Shown: positions 24,790 through 38,917, counted from the stretch's first letter. The stretch: DNA of 64,000 nt from Octopus sinensis (GCF_006345805.1 NC_043000.1:121644001-121708000); one strand, 5' to 3'. The notes: generated by a model from the letters alone, not told the origin. Numbers and translations: made by a program.

Positions 24790-26470
24790 ACTTCCAGTGG
24801 AATATAACATAACTTTAACATATTACTTGCAACGCTAAAGCATTGATACTCTTAGTATATTATTAATCTAATGCGTCTGTAATAATCCACTCTAAACTTG
24901 CCTTTCAAGTATTTGCTTTGTATTTTGACTTCGTCATTAATATCTTTTTACGTCTGTGCTTCGTTTAATACTTTTATCTCTGATTTTTTTTTTATCTCAT
25001 ATGACATAAGTGTTTGTAATTAATTTACCACTCTTCAAGTTACTTCGGTGCATTCTCCTAATGCGAATCTCATATAATTTCCTCTACTACACTTGATTTC
25101 TAGTGTTTGATGTGATATCTTTTTGTATATCAACAACGATGTGTAGCAAGGACGCAATCATGTAAACCTTCTATTCTCCTCTCTTACGCTGGGTTTATAA
25201 CTGCTTCAAGTCTGCTAGAACGTGCTTGCTTCAGGTGTAAATTCCCATCAGAACAAGAATATGAAGGTCAAGCAATGGCACTATAAATACTGATGCTTTC
25301 ATTAATGTGCTGTATCTGGAACGTCTCTTGAATTCTTCCGGGGCTTATTTTCCCTTGTGCAATTTGCACAAAAAGCCAAAGTTTTTTCATAATTGTCTAA
25401 TTCCATACACATTTCTGTGACTTCATTGAGTATAAGAACCACCATTTCAGCAGGTGCTGTACATGATGTTATTGGAATTTTAATGAAGGAATTCTTTATC
25501 CGCTGGGAAAGAAGTTACAGATCCATAGCTTTGGCTTTCTGTACAATTATCATAACTAAAGAAGTGGAATTTATTCCAAACGTAAAACCTATTTTCAGGC
25601 AGCAAACTTTCCTCTATGTTCTGTTTGTGTTCACTTGGATTATGCGTTAATCCTTGGTTGTCATTGTTCTTTTCTGCTTTCAGTAGTAACCTCAACTTTT
25701 TTATAAATGATATCGTTCACCATATCTACATACTTGCCATGAAGAAATTCCCAATACGTTGGCTTTTGATTTTAAGTGCAAAGTATATTTTTCAACCAAA
25801 CTCTAAACTGCATCCCGTAGTTAAATTATCAGTGCTGTTGAGGCATCAACCTTCAGTACTTGCGATCATTACATTGTTGCAGGTGGTTCTTCTGCCTCCA
25901 TGGGCCTCCTTTTCAAGTTCATCGGGAGAGAAAGTTATTAGTAGTAGTAGCCCTTACTGCCTCGAGTGTTACAGTTCGATACTGTTTTCTTAATCTGAGT
26001 TTAGAGTTCTGAAATAGCCAACTGTGTTCTGAAATCCTTAGCGCTTATTACCCCTAACAGATCTCCTGTCTTCTACCTTTCGAAACTGCCCATGATATGT
26101 TACAAAGAATGACAGGAAAATCTGGTCAGTGGTACTGCCCGTTCTTATGACACGCAGCTATGCAAACATCTTGGTATGAGCTTTAAGAGAGGTTTTTGAT
26201 GCTTCAAATGGAATGTCACCTTGTCTCATCTTCGTGCTCGAAACCGAAGCAGATGTTAACACATTGTTCGTCATTGCTGAAAACCATTTTGTCCTTTATG
26301 ACAAGTAACAGGAAACTATACATTGTAGCACAAGTAAATTGTCCACTATAAAGAAAGGAACCAGACAAACAACAATAAATAGTCTCTTCTCAAAGAGAGT
26401 TGTTTTCATCATGGTAAATTGTCGCGTCGGTGTTATGATACTAAATTCTTGGCTGTTTAGCAAGCGCCTG
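24790..26470 (-). mobile_element. Decayed R4/Dong-type RT fragment
   Basis: Remnants IEESLLPE..SYGS, MRFALGECT..KSGKL, EIKVLNEAQT..YYRRIRLI parallel LLPEEQKG..SYG, MKFGLDKCA..KRGKL, KEYYRRIRAIL of R4-clade elements. Confidence 0.6.
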
Positions 26471-26489
26471 TATTTATTGCTAAATTATT

Positions 26490-26539
<50 letters not shown>

Positions 26540-26560
26540 AATTATATATATATATATATT

Positions 26561-26787
26561 ACTCTTTTACTTGTTTCAGTCATTTGACTGTGGCCATGCT
26601 GGAGTACCGCCTTTAGTCGTGCAAATCGACCTCAGGACTTATTCTTTGAAAGTCTAGTACTTATTCTATCGGTTTCTTTTGCCGAACGGCTAAGTTACAG
26701 GGACGTAAACACACCAGCATCGGTTGTCAAGTGATGTTGGGTGGGGACCAAACACAGGCACCACAAACATATACACACAGATACATA

Positions 26788-26861
<74 letters not shown>

Positions 26862-27040
26862 ATATATACACATATATATGACAGGCTTAATTCAGTTTCC
26901 GTCAACCAAATCCACTCACAAGGCTTTGGTCGGTCCGAGGCTATAGTAGAAACACTTGTCCAATGTGCTACGCAGTGGGGCTGAACCCGGAAACATGTGG
27001 TTGGTAAGCAAGCTACTTACCACACAGCCACTCCTACGCC
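26561..27040 (-). mobile_element. SINE family A
   Basis: Full-length reverse copy. Confidence 0.9.
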
Positions 27041-28231
27041 TATATATATCAAATACAATCATGTGCTTGTGGCAATGGATTGAGTTCGACATCCTGTTGA
27101 TATGCATTATACATGTCAGTACAGAATACGAAATCGCAGCATAATATGTATGATATAAATAACCTTCAATATTGAAAACACCGTAGAGGATCCTTAAATT
27201 CAAGAAACGTAAAAAGCTAATTACACTGAAATTCAGGTAACGCAATAATAACTTTTCACCCGAACATTTGCCGCAATGAGATCATTCAACCACATTCTTT
27301 CTTGCTACATGAACATTTGTTTTAATTAGATATTTAATTGCATCTAAATTTGCTATGGCTTATACCAGACAGTTTAACCGTTGTCTTCATCGAATGACCT
27401 GAATTATTCCTCCAAGACAGTTTAACGTGCGAGGACGCAGGTAAGTAGTTAGGTAGAGACGTAGGTAGAAATTAAATAGAGAACGCAAGAGCTGTGTTGA
27501 GGAAGTAAAAAAGAGAGTGAAAGGAAAGAATTCGATGTCATAGTGAGAAAAATCGAAAAACTTTACATGAGTTTTGTAAGAACGAATAATTAAAGAAAAA
27601 TTCCTAGACTATTTCTATCTAGCTGAGGGGAGCTATATGTATGGAATTTCATGGAAAGGCATTACTTTATAATGAAAGTGAATAAAAGTGGTTTATTACC
27701 AAGTTCTCAATTCAGAATACGGAGAGGAAGTACAATTCAATACAAGACGTGATTCCTTAAGTGGTATCACTTGATTGCTACTCATTGAAAGCATTACTTC
27801 TCTGGTAAATATATAGCACACTTGAAGATTTTATGCATCATTTTAGGAAAGGATCTGCTAACAGACAGAAGTTTAAATATGGTTTTACCGTCCTTCGTTT
27901 ATGTCGCCACTCAGCAGATTCTACTGCACAGATTTTGTATATATGTGGAATTTACGCTCTATAAGCTAGCAGACAGGTTAATCTTGATATATTAATAATG
28001 TGATGCGGGGGGCATTTCTTCTTCTTAATTTAGTAGACAGGGAAATTCACATTAACTGACAATAATGTTAAAACTTTTGAATTATCTTTCTCCTTTCTAT
28101 GTTATAAATCTGGAATATAATTCTGGAAGAAGGGCGTATACAGAGAGAACAAAAAGAAATGAATGTTTTAATTCAAGACCTGGAAATTTCTAAGTGAAAA
28201 TTTACCACAGCCTAGATTTCAATATCTATCT

Positions 28232-28292
<61 letters not shown>

Positions 28293-28370
28293 ATAGATAG
28301 ATAGCTATATAGATAGATAGATAGATCTAGATAGATAGATATCGATAGATATATAGATATGTCTATATAA

Positions 28371-28513
28371 TGTATGAAAAGAAAAAGATGATCTTGTGAG
28401 CATACACAATGAGACCGGAAAAACCACACACTTTCCTTTTCTAGCCAGCAATGACAATCGAACAATAACTTATTCGAAAAGATTTATTTAGAGCTATTTT
28501 GAAGTAAAATTAT
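28371..28513 (+). repeat. About 150-bp dispersed direct repeat of 33038-33193
   Basis: Colinear; this copy differs mostly by small deletions and is flanked by microsatellites. Confidence 0.9.
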
Positions 28514-28592
28514 ATCCCATATATATATATGGTGTGTTGTGAGTGTGTATACATATCTATGTATGCGTATATATATATATATATATGTTATA

Positions 28593-28668
<76 letters not shown>

Positions 28669-29703
28669 TAATATATAATGGGCATGATGAGTTTTAATCA
28701 AGGTATGCGTCCTGAGTGCCCAAATAGGTCCGTCTCCAAAATTCCAGTTTGAACACCAGTTGAAGTTGTGGTTATGTGGTTGTCATGTTCAAAACGGCTA
28801 AAGTTGGCTTCCCTTTAATTCGGATTCAAGTAGGACATTTAATTTAATTCATTCTAATTTACCTACATAATGAACAATAAAAAATAATTTTAAAATGGTA
28901 AAAAATATAGTGTATGGTCGACGTTTCTGTTATATCCCAGCTATTGCAGCATAGTATCGAGCAAAATATCACAGAAACAACTAAATTTTACAATTTTCGA
29001 CTATATATTACCATTCGTTTTGTAGATAAATTAGATTGAATCAGATTAAGTTAATTTTCGTTGCCATGCCTTTCCTACTTGTCTGCCTTTCTTCCTATCG
29101 TTGTCTTATATTCTATCATGCAACTTAGCCTGTCCAGTTTAGCTCTCTTTGTCTATGCGTACGGTACAAATTGGAATTGACTTCTAATATCTGACTTGAC
29201 TGAAGATATCTCTTGTTTGCTCTCACTAGATAACAGAGTACAAGTATATAATCACCTCATAGCATACCTCCAAACATCAGCATTAGTTAAGCTACAAAAG
29301 GCTAAGAACCCATAATATTTGTTCGGATAGACAAGCATTCGTTCTTCGACTTCATTTCTAACGGATAATTTCCAGTTTACTTTGCTAGTCACCGACTTTC
29401 CTGAACTTCATCTTTTTTTGCGTAGGACTAGTTCATTTGGTTCAGTGCTTGTACATACACCACTTTGCAGGGCTTTTTGTGTGTGCCTATAAATTGGCAT
29501 TTTAATATCTGAACGTGGAAGATGAAAGTTGCATCACAATTTAGGATCGATTTAGCCTCATGGTTCTGTCTAATGGCTGTGTTATGAGCCACTTTGCTTC
29601 CAAGTGCTTCTATAAACAGCGGAAGTGGGCCAGGACGTTAAATGTCAATCCATGCCAAGTGGTTTTACTCGTTAGTATAGGTACAGTCCGCATACATACA
29701 TAT

Positions 29704-29762
<59 letters not shown>

Positions 29763-29770
29763 TATATATA

Positions 29771-30280
29771 TCTTTTTATCTCTCTCTTTAATTCCTTTGC
29801 CCCCTGGTTTTCTCTCTCCTCTTCTCTCCTCTTAAGTGACCGCTGGTTAACTAACCTTTCGGCCTTTGACCGCCGCCGCGACAACACCGTTTTCTTCGCC
29901 TGCCGCAAAGGCATTTATTTCAAAATACGCCAGCTAAGATAAGTCAAACTGTCTAAAGTCGTAAGACACCCTGTGTTTTTGCCCTATTATTACTATTCCT
30001 GTATTTTATTTTTGTTTTTTGTATTTATATTCGTGTGGCATCGTCCGTTTTTCTGTCCTTGTTTCGTATACATTCGATCCTTTTTCCAAGAAATCTAATG
30101 CTCGCAGCTTAGTTTTTCCTTCGGGCTGGCCGGATCGGAGCGATATCAGGATTACTCAGCCGAAATTGCTAGGATGATCCGGTTCCTGACTGAAGATTAG
30201 AGGCTTCGAATGACGCGTCCGTTTTTTGTGTCGTCTCTTTGTGTGTTTTGCGTTCTCGTCCCAATTTGTATTTTTATATA
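29771..30280. mobile_element. Unclassified GC-richer cassette embedded in (TA)n
   Basis: About 510 bp of complex sequence with (TA)n directly on both sides; no ORF, TIR or TSD seen. Confidence 0.45.
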
Positions 30281-30290
30281 ATTTATATAT

Positions 30291-30337
<47 letters not shown>

Positions 30338-30338
30338 G

Positions 30339-30377
<39 letters not shown>

Positions 30378-30413
30378 ATATATATATATTATATATATAT
30401 ATATATATAATAT

Positions 30414-30446
<33 letters not shown>

Positions 30447-30447
30447 A

Positions 30448-30510
<63 letters not shown>

Positions 30511-30512
<2 letters not shown>

Positions 30513-30808
30513 AGAGGCCCAGTCGTAAGGGCAGCGGACTCGCTGTCCTAGGATCGCGGTTTCGATTCCCAGACCGGGTGTTGTGAGTGTTTTTTGAGTG
30601 AAAACACCTTGAACTACACGAGGCTCCGACAGGGGATGGTGACGATCCCTGCTGTACTCTTTCACCACAACTTTCTTTCACTCATTCTTCTGTTGGCCTG
30701 CTCGCTTAGCCAGCGAGGTGGCGTCATTGAAGGCTAAAACAATGTGAAGTGCATGGTGACCAGCTATGTTTAGCATCATCTGATGCCCTGGTCGGTCACG
30801 TGTTCACG
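30511..30808 (+). mobile_element. SINE family C, alternative tail
   Basis: Head as at 10698; tail GGCTAAAACAATG..GGTCGGTCACG shared with 43770-44060. Confidence 0.85.
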
Positions 30809-31184
30809 CAATACACGGCTTTAGTGACAGTCTGCTTTACTATGCTAAAGCGTAATAACAGCAGCCGAAGAGTTGTTTTAAGTAACTGAGATTGCAGAAT
30901 TTAAAATGAATGATTAGTTGAAAATTATTGAAAATCTTTTGTAAATAAAAGATCGTTGTTTTGCTTGTAGATTTTCGCGACGAGCGTTTGCAGGTGCGTC
31001 GGAGCGAGCGTGCGTGCGGAACCTGTACAGATATATTGCATTAAGTCATGTACGAGCCCACTCCCGAAACACACATTGAAAACAGAGACAGAGAGATGGA
31101 GAACAACATTTGTCAGCGTTACAATCGCAAGTCACACACGCACACACACTCATACACACGCTCACATACACACGCACACATAAG

Positions 31185-31297
31185 CCTATCGGTCTCTTTG
31201 GCCGCACCGCTAAGTTATGGTGACATTAACACACCAGCATCGGTTGTCAAGCGTTGGCGGGCGGATACATGCAAACACACACACAGAAATATATGAT

Positions 31298-31339
<42 letters not shown>

Positions 31340-31500
31340 ATTAAAATTTTATGTATTGATTAAGTCTTTCCTTGTTTGTTTTGCAAAATAGTGGTTTTGT
31401 CTCTAATAATATTTTATAATATTTTACTATAAAATTGGATTTAATCCTAATCTGATTTTTTTTCCCTGTAAATTTGGATTTATTCCCTAATATTTATTAT

Positions 31501-31546
<46 letters not shown>

Positions 31547-31653
31547 TAATATTAGTACTACATAAGTTTACCGAAAAACGGTCCTGTTTTCATACCGAAT
31601 TCTAGGTGAAATTATTGATTACTTCTTAATTAATTAATTTTACCCTTTGTTAT

Positions 31654-31691
<38 letters not shown>

Positions 31692-31897
31692 TGTATATAT
31701 ACATGTGTGTGTGTATGTGTGTATGTGTATATGAGTATATATATGTGAGTGTGTGAATATATATACTCAGACACAACGGGCTTCTTCCAATCTCCATCTA
31801 CGAAATCAACTCACAAAGCTTTGGTCGGCACGAGGTTATAATAGCAGGAGACATTAGGCCAATGCGCTACGCAGTGGGACTGAACCCGGAACCATGA
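31185..31897 (-). mobile_element. SINE family A split by insertions in its internal (TA)n
   Basis: Tail half 31185-31290, head half 31770-31897, foreign AT-rich modules at 31335-31655. Confidence 0.75.
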
Positions 31898-32414
31898 GGT
31901 TCCAGCCTATAAGAATGCATATTTCTCACTCGATTTATTCCAATAAATATATATCCTCGACCCTGTTTTCTGCCTCGTTAGAAGATATTCCGATAAATGG
32001 GTTGAATTATGTTCGGAAAATGCTACGCTGGGATTGGAACAAATTCACGATGCGTAAAACTAGCCAATTTATAAAATATTCTCCGCTACATTTGTGTCAC
32101 ATGATTCAGCAACCTAAAATAGCCTAAAATATGTGCGTCTGTATTCTCGAAACATATATTTCTTTGGCCACTGCGTTTACTCTAACGTAAATGTTGTAAT
32201 CCCACGGTAGTACAACACGCAAGCGCACGCATACACATATACAAACACACACACATACACAAAAAAAATAAACGGGTTTGTATGCATGTGTAAATACGAG
32301 TGTGTCCGTATGTGTGTACCTACGTCACTAGATACTTATATATGTATTTCTCGCTCTCCCTCCCTCTACATGTATGCGTGTGTGGTGTATGTGTACACAC
32401 ACACTCACAGACAC

Positions 32415-32459
<45 letters not shown>

Positions 32460-32584
32460 ACATATATATACATATAAATATATATACATACATACATATA
32501 TATATATATTGCATATATATACATATATATATACACATATATATACATATATATATATATATTTGCACACACACACATATATAT

Positions 32585-32660
<76 letters not shown>

Positions 32661-32685
32661 TTACATATATAATATATATATATAT

Positions 32686-32748
<63 letters not shown>

Positions 32749-32754
32749 ATATAT

Positions 32755-32786
<32 letters not shown>

Positions 32787-33846
32787 ATTATATATATATA
32801 TACATATACACACACATGTATAAACGTATATGTATATAAGTACATATAGAGACAAAATGGTATTTACACACTCATACACACGCACGTACTTGAGGCTTGT
32901 TCATTGTTTATTCCAAGCCTAGAATGAAAAGGAAAATTTGATATATTGTTTGCACTGTCACCTATGTAAAATAACAAATCATCACAGAAATAATAACCAT
33001 TGGTATATCAACATATTCCTCTCCTGAATAATGCTTCTGTATGAAAAGAAAAAGAATGATGTTGTGAGGCGAGACACAATGAGACCGGAAAAACCACACA
33101 CTTTCCTTTTTCTTAGCCAGCATATGACAATCGAACAATACTTAATTCCGAAAAGATCAGTTACATTTAGAGCTGATTTTGAAGTAAAATTATGGCAATT
33201 GAGAGAGAGAGACACTTTTATTCCGATCATATAGAAGTAGGACCCCGTCACACTCAGAAGCAAACAGCTGAGAAATTTATAGAACAGTGTCGTTACAGTA
33301 GACCTTAATATAACAAAGAATGAACTGCATATACGTGTCTTGAAGTGCTACTAGCCCACTAATGAAACGTTAGAGAGAGAAAAAAGAAATTATCTTGTAT
33401 GCGTTCGATTAAAGGATTATTTTTATGATCGGAGGATGTCAATGCAAAATTAGATGCATATATCTTTGGTTTTAAATTCATCATGGGCAACAGTGAAAAA
33501 TAAACGAGAACGGGGAGAACGTTGCGAACTCCTGAAGATTGAAAGAAAGTCATTAGAGTAAGGTTCTCCCTACGTAGCAGAATAAACAACCATCTAGAAT
33601 TCATTTCAATAGAATAGCAAATGCATACAGGTGAGAAGTTATGAGATTATTGGATTGGTTTCGATTGCCTATGTTCAGGCCACTAGCGGACGAAGTCCTC
33701 AACATGTTCCCTCTGTCAACCGCGGTCTGATGTGGAGGCCATGAATTAGAGCTTCAGATCATACTGGCTTGATGAGACTACTCTGCCACTCTGCTTCATA
33801 TGGCTTGGCAGAGGGATGCAGTTTTATTGTTTTATTCTTAAACAGA

Positions 33847-34284
33847 TGATAAACGTCAAAAATAAAAATTGCAGCAGTTTGAAAGAAACGTATTACCTGC
33901 AGTTGTTTTTCCACCCATTTTTCAGTTAAATTTAAACCTTGATATAATGAGGATATCTGACGAGGATATCTAACTATTCTTAAACAGGAATAGTTAACTC
34001 CACTCTACTGCTCAACTAGTACTTCTTTCATCGATCACGAATGATGAAAGGCAAAGTCGGCCTTAGCGGAATTTGAAATCAGAACTCATGGGCGGGTGAA
34101 ATATTGTCTAGCCTTTCACTCGGAGACCACTAACAACGTTGAAATAAGGGCGTAGGTATCGTCAGATATTCTCATTATATCAAGGTTGAAATTCAACTGA
34201 TAAAAAGAAAAATGGGTGAAAAACAACTGCAGGTAATAAGTTTCTTTCAAACTGCTGCGCAATTTTTATCTTTGACGTTTATCA
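33847..34284. repeat. About 120-bp inverted repeat arms flanking a spacer that contains a family B SINE remnant
   Basis: 33847-33963 vs 34159-34284 are reverse-complementary (TGATAAACGTCAAA..TATCTGACGA); B-like sequence at about 34010-34135 (-). Confidence 0.85.
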
Positions 34285-34677
34285 GTTGAAAGAGACCAAA
34301 GAATTTCAGATATTTTTGATCTTGCTTGTAGATACATAACACAGATATCCCGTGACAGAACGTAAAGAAGTTATTGACGGTGAATAAAGAACAGCACATT
34401 AGGAGGTGAGAGACAAGTTAATATATTCCAGACACATGCGATATAAAAAATACTGCAAACAGTCAAGAAGTTAAATGAAAGCGGAGAACAAGTAACAATG
34501 AGTCTAGTGCAGCAAGTCGTAATAGGAGTCAGTGATAATCTTAATATTTCATCAAATATATTGGTGAAAATATGCACTATCTATAGTAAGTTTGGGTGAT
34601 ATGTAAAAGACGAGGGACGGAAATTGTCACTAGGCATCTAAAACAATTAAACAGGTGGAATTGCTACATTACTTACC

Positions 34678-35102
34678 TTATTTACATTTGACGGATATTT
34701 GTCCTCATCTTGTTTGTTAACACAACTATTCGTCTGATATACCCTCCAGCCTTCATCAGGTGTCTTGGGGAAATTTCGAACCTGGGTTCTCATACCTAGA
34801 GTATTATTCGATCTTCTTCTTCTTCTTCTTCTTCTTCTTCTTCTTCTTCTTCTTCTTCTTCTTCTTCTTCTTCTTCTTCTTCTTCTTCTTCTTCTTCTTC
34901 TTCTTCTTCTTCTTCTTCATCTTCTTCTTCATATTATTATTCACCACTATTCCATATGCCCACGGGTATATGGCGTAGTGGTTAAGAGCGCGGACTACTT
35001 ACCCCAGGATTCCGTGTTTGATTCCAGGCAGTGACATCAATACTACTACTACTACTACTACTACTACTAATAATAATTATAATAATAATAATAATGATAA
35101 TA
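34678..35102. mobile_element. Second inverted dimer of the tRNA-head/hammerhead-tail element
   Basis: Tail module with CTGATGA (minus, 34753-34759), (CTT)n, palindromic junction, then sense tRNA-like head (A box TGGCGTAGTGG 34971-34981; B box GTTTGATTCC 35016-35025) and (CTA)n(TAA)n. Confidence 0.75.
34812..34930 (+). repeat. (CTT)n microsatellite
   Basis: Long near-perfect run; source of the poly-F/poly-L ORFs. Confidence 0.98.
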
Positions 35103-36639
35103 ACCCACACAATTTTATTTAACACACACACACATATATATAAATTTACAAAGACATGCACACACTTTTAGCCATCACACAAAATTAAATAAATTTGCTA
35201 TTTATTTTATCGTACTTTAGAGTAGCATTTATAAGTTACTCTCTTACACAATTTGATTAGCTCATAAACTAACATTTCGAATGTAACAAAACAACGCAGA
35301 TATCTCTGACTTTAAATTCATTTTGTTTTTAAAAGACAAAAACATATACAACAGCAAGAGAATATCATATAACATGAGATGCAATCCAAGCAACAGAGTT
35401 TTAGATGCGGCTCAAATAACGTATCGTATCGTTATCCAAGTGCATTATATTACCTATTGTACTACAGGGAACCTACTTTATGCTGTTTTCAAGTTAGATA
35501 ATATAACATTTATTTTCTCCGTTTTATCTACACTTTTTTTTAGCAATCTATCAGTCATCGAGTGCTAGCAGGATAAGCTATTCGAATATCCAAGATAGTC
35601 TTATCTACAGATCTCAGTTTGATTTTACAAAGTAAACGCCTCGAATGATATGTTTTAGAAAAGCAATAACAAAGCTTATTTCTTGATATTAAGATGCATC
35701 ACGCATTGGCTCTAGTCTACTAATAAAAGAATTCAGTAGCATTGTATTCTGTGTGATAATTGGCTGAATATAGTGATAACTATTCAGTAGAATATGCTGC
35801 TACGCTTTGTCATACGAATTATACGATAATATTATTACTATACACTTTGATGTATTAAGCTGTTAATTGCAAAAGGCAATGAACCTATTGTGAAATATCA
35901 ATTTGGCAACAGAATATTTCATAAAAATTGTCTAGTAGTGTCATACAAAAACCACTGACCAAATACGAAATGCAAAATGTAGATGTGACTAAAAATCACG
36001 TAAATCTTTGTAAACCAACAACCCAAGGGTGGGTTATTTCTGCATTTTATAGATCCCGTACATTAGCTAAAGCATCGATATGAACTGCGTATTCGAAGCA
36101 CATCTTATTTGATAATAAACATGATTTTTTTTATCTGATTAGGGTGTAAGGAAATGGGTGAAATTATAAAGGGATGTCAATCTATGTAAATAAATACTAT
36201 AGAAATCATATGTGTTGGGAAAATACTTGTGAAATACCAATATTCAAAATTCTGACTTGCTGTCAAAGAAAGGCAAAATATATACCGCGAAGATAGAATT
36301 CGAAAACAATCTTTTATAGAACGAGGTAAGGAAAATAGGGGTAATCTACTCTACTCTAAATTATATGAAGTGTGAATGTATTGATATCTTAAACTGACCT
36401 TAATTCGTTGTGTAATTGTTGAATTATACTGTAAAATGTGTCAGGTAGTTTCTAAAAATATAACACTTGTGGGAGATATATAGACAGAATATGGCTAAGT
36501 TGCTTTGAACATCATCATGCATTCATTTAACTACAAAATGGATTATAAGATTTTCTAGTTTTTAGCCTATGTAGGAAATTATTGACAATTTAACTCCGGC
36601 AAATCAACAATGACTCAAATTCGAATATTTAAATAAGCA

Positions 36640-36725
36640 ACAAATAAGATGAAGACAAATATCCGCCAAATGTAAATAATGTACATAATGTACATAATTC
36701 CTCATCTCGTAAATATAGAACTGTA
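36640..36725 (+). mobile_element. 3' fragment of the hammerhead-tail module
   Basis: CAAATAAGATGAAGACAAATATCCGCCAAATGTAAATAATGTAC..CCTCATCTC..TATAGAACT matches the tail ends at 14129 and 14760. Confidence 0.75.
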
Positions 36726-37001
36726 TCTAAATATAATCCAGTAAGAAAAATTTCGTAATATTCAAAAGTAGACGGTATATTCACTGTATCAACGCCGCTC
36801 GATGGCATTGAGAATTCTTCATGCATAAAAACAAAACCATATTTTCTTAAATATCATCCAGCTAATAGGGTAGTAATAAGGAGTTATTTGTCCACGCGTA
36901 CTCATTGAGCAAAGGAATAAACTCAAATATGTACACATACATAATTCATTATATGCCTGGTGTAGATAGATGATAAAAAGATAGTTATATATAGGCATAC
37001 A

Positions 37002-37044
<43 letters not shown>

Positions 37045-37045
37045 A

Positions 37046-37110
<65 letters not shown>

Positions 37111-38124
37111 CTCTATCTCTCTATCTGTCTGTCTGTATGTCTAGTTGTCGTCTGTATATCTATCTATCTATATATCTATATATGAATGTATGTATGTATG
37201 TATATATACGTATACGTGTTTGTATGTGTACGTGCGTGATTTACGTGTTGTGCGCATAGCTGCTTGCAAACATCTATGTGTTTGTTGGTCTATTTCACAT
37301 GTATACATGCATATGTATATACATATGGGTATGTATATAAGCATAAAAAACTTGAACCACACACACACACATACACGCACGCACACAAACAAACACATAT
37401 CGATTTTTCTGGAAATAAAACTCCATTGAGTATCGATTAAAAGAGCACGCTTAATTTTTCGAATAAACTTTTTTTCAAATAAACACATTATGAACATCAA
37501 AAACACTATTTAGACATTCAAAGAAACTAAAATTATTTAGGTAAAGACACAAAATTGGAAACGAATCAAACAAAAACAATTACACAAAAATACCTCAAAT
37601 CCAACAACATACTTGATAAATTAATAACTCCCCCACCATGTACAAATTATCGCAAAAGCGATGGTGGGGAATATCTACAGAAAAACATACGAGCACTTGA
37701 CCACCCAAACACGTAAACGGATTTATATAAATCAGAAATACCGAATCGTAACAACTTTAACTGAAGATCGCAGTGTCGTAAAAAATCGAGTGATGAGAGA
37801 CATTTTCAGATTCAGGTTTAGAATTCATATATTGTTGCATTACGGGATGGTCATTTTATTTATTTATGTGTGTGTTTGTTTATTTACGGTTTTGCTGAAT
37901 AAACACACGCATTATTTGGTAATAAATAAATAAACAAATACAATAACCCTCCTGATATACAATGATTCAACACACGATTTCGCATCAGAAATCTTGCAAA
38001 ACAAACTGATAAACGAAATCCTCCCCTCTCTCTCTCACTCTCTCTATCTATCTATCTATCTATCTATCGATCGATCGATCTATCACACAGAGACACCCAC
38101 ACATACGCATATACATATACATTT

Positions 38125-38512
38125 CTTTTCTTCTTTTACTTGTTTCAGTCATTTGACTGCGGCCATGCTTGAGCACATCCTTTAGTCGGGCAAATCGACC
38201 CCAAGAATTCTTTGGAAGGCTATTACTTATTCTATCGGTGTCTTTTGCCAAACCACTAAATTACGGGGACGTAAACACACCACCGTTGGTTGTCAAGCGA
38301 TGTTGGGGGAACAAACACAGACACACATACATATATATATACATATATACGATGGGCTTCTTTCAGTTTCCGTCTACCAAACCTATTCACAAGGCTTTGC
38401 TCGGCTCGAAGCTATAGTAGAAGACACTTTCCCAAGGTGCCACGAGGGGAAAATGAAACCAGAACCATGTGGTTGGTAAGGAAGCTACTTACCACACAGC
38501 CACTCTTGTGCC
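38125..38512 (-). mobile_element. SINE family A
   Basis: Full-length reverse copy. Confidence 0.9.
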
Positions 38513-38917
38513 TATGTGTATGAATTTTTGTTTATTTAAAATGTTTGTGACATATTTGAAAATTTACAGGCAAATCCACTGCAGTTTTCGCGATTGTCCC
38601 CTGTCCGATTGCCAATGACGAAAGCGCTAGAAGCCCTCTATGGGGAAATGAGGCAGAGTGTAACACAGGATAAATATGGTGTTTTTATACTTAAACATAT
38701 CTTTTTTCTTTTCGGTAGCTGCAGTGAATTTTCTTTTACAACTTGAAGAATGTCACAAACATGATTTAAGGAACATCAGCTTCCCTTGTGACTAAACACT
38801 GCTTCACACTTATACTGCTGAATACGCACATATAATTATATTAATCTTAGAAGAAATAAAGTACTTAGAAATCTGGATGGCTTTATATTTACAGGTCTTT
38901 ATAAATTTTATAAATTA

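Noticed and set aside
27370-27440. Plus-strand exon ending CAG|GTAAGT
   Set aside because: Weak acceptor and stops in all frames.
27660-27760. GLLPSSQFRIRRGST as an RT motif
   Set aside because: Too short and no flanking RT motifs were recoverable.
30090-30220. Hammerhead in the 29771-30280 cassette (CTGAAGA, GAAA, GGCTG/CAGCC)
   Set aside because: Core and helices cannot be arranged in a valid topology on either strand.
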